Part shown: one piece after another, positions 1 to 9,951 of the stretch | How positions within the stretch are numbered: the first letter of the stretch is position 1 | Layout: each line of letters begins with the position of its first letter | NCBI GenBank assembly: GCA_002269645.1 | Contig: NIVC01004414.1 | Span: forward strand, 1 to 46,798 | Direction: 5' to 3' | Source of the DNA: Macrostomum lignano | Lineage: Eukaryota | DNA: 46,798 nucleotides | Position numbers and translations under genes: made by a program | Notes under the pieces: model-generated | Told to the model about the DNA's origin: nothing | The model's database searches: none | The model's input: only the letters and a program-made list of their open reading frames with translations

Positions 1-169
1 GCGCCTGCGTCGTCCCGCCCCTGCGGAGCTGCTTGAGGTCGCCCGGCAGGCAGAATGTTAACGGAAAGAAATCGAACTCGCGACGACCGTACTGGCACTG
101 CATCCGGTGCAAACAGCGCCACAGGCGGTCTTTTCGGCCAATAGTGAAACTGCCCGGAAAATGGTTCAC
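1..169 (-). CDS. TTLL4: TTLL4 tubulin polyglutamylase, third visible exon (TTL domain; gene continues off the left edge)
   Basis: Manual minus-strand translation after the acceptor ctcag| gives VNHFPGSFTIGRKDRLWRCLHRMQCQYGRREFDFFPLTFCLPGDLKQL. This matches the TTLL4-type NHFPGSFxIGRKDRLWR motif. It is joined in phase 0 to the previous exon across a 75-nt GT-AG intron (170-244). Confidence 0.93.
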   Translation of the reverse strand, partial: MNHFPGSFTIGRKDRLWRCLHRMQCQYGRREFDFFPLTFCLPGDLKQLRRGGTTQA

Positions 170-244
170 CTGAGCGCAATAGACAAAGTCAGTTTTTCCA
201 TCTTACAAAAGTCAGGCTTAGTGAATCAAAGTAGCAAGTATTAC

Positions 245-321
245 CTTCTGGTATTCCCGAACGCCCTTGAAGCCTTCAGGTTTCATGTGCTTGCCAAAGT
301 AGCCCAGCCATTCGTGCGACT
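245..321 (-). CDS. TTLL4: TTLL4 second visible exon
   Basis: Acceptor ctactccag| and donor AAG|gtaata. Encodes (K)SHEWLGYFGKHMKPEGFKGVREYQK, matching the TTLL4 WLGxWGxHMK...FxxxREYQK motif. The phase-1 start fits the upstream donor at 1424. Confidence 0.92.
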
Positions 322-1424
322 CTGGAGTAGGACAGCGAACACAGGATGAATTCGAGTAGTTTTTGAAGCTTGGAATTTTTACAAGTTTTACCTGCATTCT
401 CTTTGTGCACGAAAATTGACTGGGGGTTGTCGTGCCATTGCACCAACCCGAAGCACACAGAGAGTGACACTGCCTGACGAGTAGAATAAGCACAGAACCA
501 GCACAGTGCGCTAAGCTTCCTTAACGAGTGCGGCAGACTCCCTGGTGTACTTTAGGAGAGCTCAACTCGTAAAGGTCTGTATCGTGCTATACTCGTTGAA
601 TTAGGAGTTAGGAGTTCACCTTCAGGCGTTTATATTTTTCAGTGTTCTATAGAAGGAGCACGCTTCACTCCTTAATCCCGACTCCTAGTCAAGGATTCAA
701 GGTAGAGTTTGACTCTTACGAATTTGACTCACTCCTTGAGTCAACACCTAGCTCTTAACTCTTGACTCATGAAGTTCATAGCACGCAAAATTCATCTAGG
801 AAACAAGCGAGATTAACGAGTATATCTAAGATGGCAATACAAGTCTCTAAACCTATAGTTCCAGGCAATGGCTGCTCATCAGTTTTTACCCATGGAAACG
901 CAACAGGATTTTGATTGCTCGCAGCAAGCAAGCAGCCAGCTAAGCGAAGCATCTCTCATCGCGCGCTCACAGAAGCCCCCTGTGCAGAAGCAACCAGCTC
1001 TCTGCCCCCATCTAGCCAATACCTCTCTCGCTCTCAGGCAGATGGAATTGACAATGCCAGACACTTCACATTGACTATTGAGTCGCCTGCGTCTCCGGCT
1101 TTTGTTAATGCAGACTTGAACCTGAGTAAGAGCAGGCCGGGTCTAGAACTATTTCGTAACTAGGGAGACTATTGAAGTGTAGGCTAATATAATACCACTA
1201 CTATCTCTATTAGACAGCCCAGTAAGTGCCAGAGTTTTAAAAGTGCAGTCAAACTTTTAAGAGTTCCGTTACTTCCTTAGGAAACCCAGTGCCCCCTCGC
1301 ATGGACACCTGAAGCAGAAGGCCGCTTCAGTTCTTAGTTTTTGTAACACCAATTTCTAACAACTCCTAGTGTAAGCGTCCTTCTCTTTCAGCTGTCCAAA
1401 GGTCCTCGACTCGACTCCACTCAC

Positions 1425-2758
1425 TTTTAGCAACGCGAAATCCGCTCCTCGCTATGGCCCGCTTGACAACCACGGGCGTGATGGAGCTCATCCGCCATTT
1501 CAGCTGCCTCCGCTGCGCCCAGGGTAGCGGCTCGGGCGGCGGGTCGGACTCTGCCGAGAACCGCAGCACCGGGGGCACGTTCGGGAACAGCGACGCGATG
1601 ACGGCCGGCTGGCGGGGACCGGCCACGGCGGCTGCCCCGGCGGCAGCGCTGGGTCGCCTGGAGGCCAGCAGCGAGGAGCCTCCGCCAGTGTCAATGCTCA
1701 TTGTTGAGTTGTCGTCCTCTTCAAGGTCGTCCTCAAGACCGTTCAACAGGCTGCCATCGTTGTCACCGTTGTCGTCAATGCCATCGTCGATTTCCTCATC
1801 GTCGTCGTCACATTCTTCGTCGCCATCGTTATCTTCGTCGTCTACGACGTTGCTGTCAACGTCGCTTGTCGCCTCCTCAGCTTTGCGACTTCCAGACTGT
1901 GGCGGCGCGGCTTCGAGCCGCTGCTGTTGCTGCCGCCTGCTGCAGCTTCGCCGGCGGCCGCAGCGACGGGACGAGTCGATCTCGGACGGTCGTCTTTGAG
2001 GTTGCTGGATTTCGTGGCTGCTGGCGTTGACGACGCTGCCGCTCCGCCTCGGCCTGCTCGGCCAGCTCCTGCTGGACGCTGAGCTGATTGAGCTTCGCCC
2101 GGATGAGCAGCAGGCGGGCCTCCGTCTCGTCGTGCGGCAGCTCCGGCTGCGCCTGCTGCTGAGCCGGCATCGTCTGCGACAATGAAGGCGAATTCGGCGA
2201 TCTGTCAGCATCGTCCTGGACGGCCATGGAGCTGACGGGGAACCTGGGCCGGTACTGCTGCTGCTGATGCTGCTGATGGTGATGATGCTTCCGCCCGCCG
2301 GAAGCTGTATGCGATCGCGACTTTGACGACCGACGACGCTGGTGGTGGTGATGATGCGGCTTGCCGTTGGCTGAGGAGTTGGCCGAAGTGGCCGCAATGG
2401 CCGCTGCAGCAGCAGCCGCCGCTGCCAACTGATAGTGGTTGGAGTAGGCAGTGCCGTTCTGGTAGCGACCGCCGCCTGCCTGATGACGGAGACTGCGCTG
2501 CTGGCGCTGCTGCTGCTGCAGGAGGCTGGCTCGGAACTCCGAGCGGGGTCCGCCGATGACGCTGAAGTAGCGAGCAGCGGCCGGCGGCGTCGGCGGCAGC
2601 GGCACCGGGAGCTGCCCCGCCGGTTGGTTCGGCTGCGACTCGAGGCCCAGACTGGTGATTGAAGGCTGGTGCTCACCCGGGGCCTGCCGAGGTGCCTGAG
2701 CTGCTGCTGCTGCTGCTGCTGCATTTCTCAACTGCTGCTGCGGTGCTTTGGCAAATTG
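1425..2758 (-). CDS. TTLL4: TTLL4 large N-terminal exon: low-complexity poly-Q/A/H region, coiled coil, acidic tract and start of the TTL domain. Contains an apparent 1-nt frameshift near 1930-1945; true start codon uncertain.
   Basis: The 3' part of ORF 1366..2724 encodes IASLFPNVPPVLRF...LPWAQRRQLKWRMSSITPVVVKRAIARSGFRVAK, the TTLL4 pre-TTL motif, and ends at the donor AAA A|gtgagt (1424). Upstream of ~1935 the protein-like frame is that of ORF 1877..2731 (poly-A, poly-H, QQQ, EARLLLIRAKLNQLSVQQELAEQ coiled coil). Confidence 0.8.
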
Positions 2759-3969
2759 TTAATAAACCATGCTGCCAATTTATTAACCCAGCGTGGGGGT
2801 CTGAAACTGCTTATTTCAAGTGCCCGAGAGTGCGGCCAGTTCAACAGTTAAATGATTGCCCGGGCCCCCAACTGTGAGCGGCGGCGGCGGGTCTGGCAGA
2901 CAGCGGCATGTGTTGGGTTGAAAAACTCTCTTGAACCTGTCTCCGCTGCGTCTCTTTAGCCAGCAAAAACGCACTGAGCACAGGCGGGGAGGGTGGGGTG
3001 GTGTGCTGGCGGCTGGGGTTGTCGTTGCAGTTAGGAATGAAAATAAAATGTTGTTTCCAGCGCAAAGCGACAGAGTCAGAGTTAAAGAGCTGAGCGGAGG
3101 AGAGGAGAGAGAGAGAAAAGAGAAGAAGATTGCTTGCGTAGCCCTAGCAACAGTGGGGTGAGGTCGGCGAGGGGTAGAGCGGAGAGAGAGAGATGAAATT
3201 TGCAGAGGGGTGGCAAGTAGAAGATGGAATATGAGAGTCGCCATATCTAAGATAACAGCGGCATAAATGCGCCGAGAATTATCCGTGTACTGCAGCAGTT
3301 TGCTGTGCACATGTGAATACAGAGCTGAAACACTGCAAGCCAGCTCATATTGTTAGACTTTTCATAACTAGAACAATTCATAAAGATATTCGATCCTCGT
3401 CAAACAGGAGCCATGAGCATCGGTTCTGTATAAATACAGATGACCTCGTTTTTATTGACCTCGCTTTAAAGGTCAGAGCACTAATTAAATAAGCACAAAA
3501 GCTGCAGTACAAGCTATTAAAGTCAATAAGGCATTTTACACAGCAGATTTGAATGCTGAAAACACGAAACAGGAAAAACACGGGAAAGTAGCATTGATTT
3601 CAATTATATTTTAATGAAACTGTTACAATGATATGATTCAAAATAGGAGCCAACACATTTAAGTTTATTTATTAATATTCGACTGATAAGATTACTACAG
3701 CCCGTCAGCCAAGTACGAGTAGAACGTACAGCCAGTAACGTAAACTAGACCATAAATTTCCTTATGAAGAAGACTCAACTCTTCCCCGTAAAAATCATCC
3801 CCTAGCTATTGAGTCAGTTTTAGCGAGAAGTTTTAGTTTTATAGCTGATCTCTATACTACTACATACTCATAATAATGAGTAGACAATGTGTGCTTCAAA
3901 GTTTTCTTCTTAAACTGGCAATAAAAAAATAACAAGAAGAAAGAAGCTGCCCAGCAACGCATCATCAAA

Positions 3970-4908
3970 TCACACCAAGGAATGCTTCTTTGAATGCCCA
4001 ATCCGCAATTTGACCTCCTTCAGGCGTCTCTCGCACCAGTCGTCGACGTTGTTGAATCTCTGGAAGGCGATCAGCGCTTCGTCGAAGGCGGCAACGCTCG
4101 TAGCTCCAGCCAAAGCCTTGACGAGGTCGGCCTCGTCGCTCCGGCCGAGGTGCCGCAGTCCAGACTGAAGCCTGTCGGATCGGCTAGCAGCTGCCAGCTC
4201 GCACAGGCAGGCTTTGAACGCATAGTCTGTGACGCAGCTGCTCAGCATTGAGTCGCTCGCCGCCCAGTCGGCCAGTTTGAGGAAGCCGTCAGCGGCTCGG
4301 TCGAGTTGTCCGCCGTCCGCCTCGATGCGGGCTCGCTTGTCGCGACAGGCGGCGGCGCTGGCCGGGCTCTGCTCGGACTCGAAGAAGTCGGCCGCCTTCT
4401 CCAGGTGATTCAGGGCCAGATCGCGAGGATTCAACCAAAGCTCGCCAGCTTCTTGGTGCTGTTTTCCCAGACACATCAGCTTCCAATTGCCAGAAGGAAT
4501 TGGCTTGCCAGAGAGAGCCGCACTTTTCAGTTGCATCAACTTACCACAGAGTTGTTCGTCCACTTCTAACTCTGCCGATCGGCAGTTCGACGGCAGTTTC
4601 TCGGCCAGCTCAGCAATTTTCTCGTGCTGTCCGGCAGCAAGGCTGAATTGGCCGAGCTCGGCGTAAATTGCCGCGGACGATTGCAGGCAAAGCACTGCGC
4701 ATGCTGGTTGGCGTTTTGCGTAGCAATTTGCTGCGTCGGTAAGGTGATGGGCGGCATCGAAGCTTCTCTGTTTCTTCCTTGTCTTTTTCATTGACAGCCG
4801 AGCGGCTCTGAAGTACTTGTGCCCCGCATCCAGGTAGCGCTTCTGCACTTTCAGCCGATTGGCCTCTTGGACCAGCTGGCGACAGCGGCTCCTGCGAGAC
4901 AGGAACAT
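3970..4908 (-). CDS. Alpha/beta-SNAP-like protein (soluble NSF attachment protein family), copy A, divergent, with a ~60-aa insert
   Basis: The 312-aa ORF has DAANCYAK..AVLCLQSSAAIYAELGQFSLAAGQHEKIAE and ALNHLEKAADFFESEQSPASAAAC...DSMLSSCVTDYAFKACLC. These parallel the alpha-SNAP motifs DAxNCFKK..AIxCL..AIEIYTDMGRFxIAAKHHxxIAE and AIxHYEQxADYYxGEES.SSANKC...L.YS.K.Y.FKAALC. An extra 5' exon or an intron within the insert cannot be excluded. Confidence 0.8.
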   Translation of the reverse strand: MFLSRRSRCRQLVQEANRLKVQKRYLDAGHKYFRAARLSMKKTRKKQRSFDAAHHLTDAANCYAKRQPACAVLCLQSSAAIYAELGQFSLAAGQHEKIAELAEKLPSNCRSAELEVDEQLCGKLMQLKSAALSGKPIPSGNWKLMCLGKQHQEAGELWLNPRDLALNHLEKAADFFESEQSPASAAACRDKRARIEADGGQLDRAADGFLKLADWAASDSMLSSCVTDYAFKACLCELAAASRSDRLQSGLRHLGRSDEADLVKALAGATSVAAFDEALIAFQRFNNVDDWCERRLKEVKLRIGHSKKHSLV

Positions 4909-4912
4909 GTGG

Positions 4913-5912
4913 GGCTGTGGTTTTGGAGGCCTGTTGTTGGATTGCTAATCTAGCTGTTGGTTATGGAGGCCTGTTGTTGGATTGTTAATCTAGCTGTTGG
5001 TTATGGACGCCTGTTGCTGGATTGCTAATCTAGCTGTTGGTTATGGAGGCCTGTTGTTGGATTGCTAATCTAGCTGTTGGTTATGGAGGCCTGTTGTTGG
5101 ATTGCTAATCTAGCTGTTGGTTTTGGAGGCCTGTTGTAGGATTGCTAATCTAGCTGTTGGTTATGAAGGCCTGTTGCTGGATTGCTAATCTAGCTGTTGG
5201 TTATGAAGGCCTGTTGCTGGATTGATAATCTAGCTGTTGGTTATGGAGGCCTGTTGTTGGATTGATAATCTAGCTGTTGGTTATGGAGGCCTGTTGCTGG
5301 ATTGTAATCTAGCTGTTGGTTATGGACGCCTGTTGCTGGATTGCTAATCTAGCTGTTGGTTATGGAGGCCTGTTGTTGGATTGCTAATCTAGCTGTTGGT
5401 TATGGAGGCCTGTTGTTGGATTGCTAATCTAGCTGTTGATTATGGAGGCCTGTTGTTGGATCGCTAATCTAGCTGTTGGTTATGGAGGCCTGTTGTTGGA
5501 TTGCTAATCTAGCTGTTGATTATGGAGGCCTGTTGTTGGATTGCTAATCTAGCTGTTGGTTATGGAGGCCTGTTGTTGGATTGATAATCTAGCTGTTGGT
5601 TATGGAGGCCTGTTGCTGGATTGCTAATCTAGCTGTTGGTTATGGAGGCCTGTTGTTGGATCGCTAATCTAGCTGTTGGTTATGGAGGCCTGTTTCTGGA
5701 TTGCTAATCTAGCTGTTGGTTATGGAGGCCTGTTTCTGGATTGCTAATCTAGCTGTTGGTTATGAAGGCCTGTTGTTGGATTGCTAATCTAGCTGTTGGT
5801 TTTGGAGGCCTGTTGTAGGATTGCTAATCTAGCTGTTGGTTATGAAGGCCTGTTGCTGGATTGCTAATCTAGCTGTTGGTTATGAAGGCCTGTTGCTGGA
5901 TTGCTAATCTAG
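4913..5912. repeat. 40-bp minisatellite, ~25 copies, consensus CTGTTGGTTATGGAGGCCTGTTGTTGGATTGCTAATCTAG
   Basis: Direct tandem repetition visible in the sequence; abuts the ATG of SNAP-like copy A. Confidence 0.97.
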
Positions 5913-6306
5913 CAATTAAAAGAAAAATGCACAGCTGTAAAAGATGCTACTTGACCATTGTAGTTCAAAATATTTTTCAAAGTTACTAGGACATCTTAAT
6001 CAACGATGAATAACTTACCACAGAGCAGGTCACTTAGCAGCAAAAAAATCTGCGTTTTTGAAATACGCTAAAACGGCCCTTTTAAGGGCACATGTTTTGC
6101 CTGCAAAATTCACCGTTTGGTTTTACAAATCCGTAACAATTAATGATCTGTGAAAAATAGTACGAAACGGGAGTCGAGAAGAGAAAATAAGAATGCGATT
6201 AAATCACAGAAAAAGTGAACATAGGTAGAAAGTTATAATAGAGTATAAACCCCAGAACACCTGCCGACAGCACACTACAGTTTGCACTACACAAGATTTC
6301 AAGATT

Positions 6307-7514
6307 TCAAGTCGAAGGGGGTAGGCGACCTTTGACCTCCTTCAGGCGTCTCTCGCACCAGTCGTCGACGTTGTTGAATCTCTGGAAGGCGATCAGCGCT
6401 TCGTCGAAGGCGGCAACGCTCGTAGCTCCAGCCAAAGCCTTGACGAGGTCGGCCTCGTCGCTCCGGCCGAGGTGCCGCAGTCCAGACTGAAGCCTGTCGG
6501 ATCGGCTAGCGGCTGCCAGCTCGCACAGGCAGGCTTTGAACGCATAGTCTGTGACGCAGCTGCTCAGCATTGAGTCGCTCGCCGCCCAGTCGGCCAGTTT
6601 GAGGAAGCCGTCAGCGGCTCGGTCGAGTTGTCCGCCGTCCGCCTCGATGCGGGCTCGCTTGTCGCTACAGGCGGCGGCGCTGGCCGGGCTCTGCTCGGAC
6701 TCGAAGAAGTCGGCCGCCTTCTCCAGGTGATTCAGGGCCAGTTGAAGCGGTGTGGTAGTGCCGGGCACCGGTTGCTGTTGCCCAGTCACAGCTGTGGCTT
6801 CGGAAGTCGCACCTGTCATTTCAGGCTGCAATTCTTCAGTGCGGGGGGTGGCCTGATAGTTGTTGGGCGTCTTGAAATGCAGCGTCTTGGCTTGCAGATC
6901 GTCATTCTGCAGATCGTCATTCTGCAGATCGCTGCCTCCTGTCTTTGAACTGTTGTCCAATTTGAAGAATTTTATCATACGATTTCCAATTTCCTTATAA
7001 AATCTATTTTCAGGAGGACGTTTCTCTCGGTAAAGTTTCATAAGTTTTTTATCTCGCTGGCTCGTTCGTCAGAGACTTGGCCCTCCACAGACTCCCAGTC
7101 CATCAGGTCCCTGTTGCCGCCGCCTTGACGAACTCTGAGCTCTTCGAGTTTCTCAGCCAGCTCAGCAATTCTCTCGTGCTGTCCGGCCGCTATGCTGAAC
7201 TGGCCGAGCTCAGCGTACAGCCGCGCAGCCGCCTGCAGACTGAGAATGGCACAGCGAAGGTCTTGCTGCAGCAGATAGCTGGTGGCAGCTTTGCTCAGAC
7301 AGTCGGAAGCATCGAACTCGCATTTAGCCTGACCAAGAAAGCCCTTAGCTGCTTTGATGAACGTGTCGCCAGCTTCAGCCCATCGCTTTTCCATTTTCAG
7401 TTGGTTCGCTTCATTAACAAACTTTGAGGGCGATTCGGACTCAAAAATCAGTTGCTTCAAATGGTCTTTGACTTTCAGTTCAGAAAATCTTTCTTTAATT
7501 TTTTTAAGATCCAT
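6307..7514 (-). CDS. Alpha/beta-SNAP-like protein, copy B, with a ~120-aa insert. Split into two ORFs by an apparent 1-nt deletion in a homopolymer at 7045-7050.
   Basis: ORF 7038..7514 carries the N-terminal SNAP motifs (AARLYAELGQFSIAAGQHERIAE) and ORF 6307..7041 the C-terminal ones. Adding one A to the A6 run (minus strand) fuses them as ...ERASEIKKLMKLYREK.... A short intron or true pseudogenisation are alternatives. Confidence 0.72.
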
Positions 7515-8787
7515 TTTAAACTGGAAAGAATGAAATCAAAATCTAAGCAAATATTCGTAAAAGCTGCTTACTGTTAAAATGTGTGCTAGTTGCAGCCATT
7601 TTTTGGTATAATACACCTAAAAGCCTATTTAAACTAAAGGGAGTAAACTAACTAACTAACTAACTAACTAAGGCAAAATTTACCTAAAGTATTTTGCTCT
7701 CACTGGGCCCACATCCATAAGTCAGAATGAACGATATAAATGCTGATCTATTCTGCTGAATCTAAGCATTCTATTAAAATTTCAACTTGTCAATTTTGAA
7801 GTTAAAAGCGTGAAAAGTGAATAGACATGCATGTCATATAATCTGTTTGGACAAGTCCGGGTTTATCAAATAAAATTTATCAGGATTCACTACGAAAATA
7901 AAAACATTGGAAAAGTAGACATGTATCATCCAGGAACCACAAGTAGAAATACTTTTAAATCTAGATCGGGTGCTAATGTTAAACAACTTGTTAAACCAAA
8001 GTATTTTATTTTCAGCAGTTCTTATCAGTTTTTCTTTGAAGAGATAAATAGACATTTTTTCATTTTTTCCAGTAAAGAAAAAGCAAATACATGGATAAAT
8101 TACATAAAGATCAGCGCATTTGTATTGATACTTTTCAAAAAGAAGACAGTCTTTTTGTATAGTATTTCGAACAAAGTAACAAAAAATACGCCAAGAACAT
8201 AAAAAGAATTCGATTGGATAAATTTTATACTAACGAACTTAAAACTATACTTCCTAAATGCGACAAAAAACTAGCAGTAATACAGTAAGTTTAGTTCCTT
8301 GTAGAAAATTGCGCGCTTTGCAACAAAACTGTCGCAGTTTAAAATAATTTTCGCGAATTATTCTACTTCCATTGGCATGTCATGTCAGCAAATTTTTAAT
8401 TATATAAACAAAATTTATGTGTTCCTGTCTGTTTGTCTTTAGAAAAGCTTTTGAGTTTAATATAAAAATTTTTTGTTTAACTACTATATTATCAATGCCG
8501 CAAGCTTGCTCCCTTGCTCCCCTATTTGAAAGTCGTAAAATTAATTAGAGGAATTCACTTAATTCATTTATTCAACTCTCATTTTTTTGATACTATTATA
8601 AAAATTGTAGACTTTTCTCTATAATGACGTCCATCCAATATTCCTTTCTGCACGGCTTGGAGCAGAGATTGACCTAGGCCTATCTTAGTCCTATTATTAT
8701 CGACCAAATATTTAAAATTTCAAACTTCAAAAGTATGAGCTGCGAGTTGCAAATCGCTCAAATGAAATCAGGCCTATTGTCGATTTA

Positions 8788-8948
8788 CAGTAGCGCAACC
8801 AGAATTTTTTTGAGGGTGTTGGATTCTGGAGGGTAAAGACCTGGGAGGGGGCTCTGTTTTTAAATGAAAATTCGCTTGGTCCCCTTAGATTTTTTCTGGT
8901 CTCCACCTAAAGGGGGGCGACCCCCCCCCCCCCCTGGTTGCGCCACTG
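8788..8948. mobile_element. Small non-autonomous DNA transposon (MITE-like), ~160 bp
   Basis: Terminal inverted repeat CAGTAGCGCAACCAG / CTGGTTGCGCCACTG (14 of 15 match) enclosing G- and C-runs. No clear target-site duplication. Confidence 0.6.
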
Positions 8949-9951
8949 TCATCTTGTATTGAGTAGGATATAAAACAAAGTCACGGTGTCACTGTCATTC
9001 TGTCAAGAACGACTTAAGTAAGGCCTAGGATTTCTTTAAAACATTGAATGTTGGGCCATTGGGGCTGAGTTGGCACAAACAGTAGGGTAGGCAGGCCCCC
9101 TAGCTAGGCCCATCGCCCTAGCTAGGCATAGGCCTACACTATAAATATTAGGCCTACCTATTATTGGTACAAAAATACAATTTAATATTGGCATTGGCAC
9201 GAAAGATAGACTTCTCCATAAACTACTATCTCTAGCCAGTAATTTTTATATATCTGAAACTCTTAGTAAATTTTTAGTAAACCAGCTAGAGCATCTACTG
9301 CATAGGTTGCCAATTTTATATGATGATAGGCCCTAGTATAAAATTATATTTTTAAACTAATGTCATTAGCCAATGGTCATCTTATTGAAATATTGAATGC
9401 TTCATTTATGCAAATGATAAACTCTGCTTCTTGCGACTTGCCTTATATTGTCTAGCATTTTATAAAAGTATGCTATATAGTGTTAATGCAAAGATGACAA
9501 ATAGCCTATAGGCCTATCTAAGGAAAAAAATAAAGATGTATAAAACAGCATGAAAAAATAGAAAAATAGTTTGTTTCTCAGCAATTACTTGATAGATTTT
9601 TTTATTCTTGTAGTATTCCTTCTAGAAAAAATATGATCTATTAATTAATGATATTGATAGTAAAAATCTAAGGTGGCCATTTTTTCAAAAATCTCTATAG
9701 AAATACATTTTGAGACCTTTTTAATCTATTATGGTATTATTTTTAAAATAGGCCTATCTATAATAAATATATCTATTTTTCAAGTGGGCTTTTATAGCTA
9801 TAGCAATCATTTTAATATAGAAAAAATATTGGCCTAGATAGAAAAATAAAAGCAAAGCTAAAAATAGCCAATTATTTTTTTATGTAACAAAAAGCTTGTT
9901 AATGTTATATTATATTGTCCTCCCTGAGTCCTTATACAAAAATTCTTAATT

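Noticed and set aside
530-800. GAGTC/GACTC- and AGGAGT/ACTCCT-rich patch in TTLL4 intron 1
   Set aside because: It looks like a decayed palindromic repeat, but I could not define ends or a consistent unit.
6012-6025. 14-nt match (AACTTACCACAGAG) to 4538-4551, a GTAAGT donor on the minus strand
   Set aside because: It may mark a 5' exon donor for SNAP-like copy A, but I could not build a frame-consistent coding exon and the match is short enough to be chance.
7831-8202. 123-aa AT-rich ORF
   Set aside because: No recognisable motif, atypical composition relative to the real exons here, and no convincing splice context.
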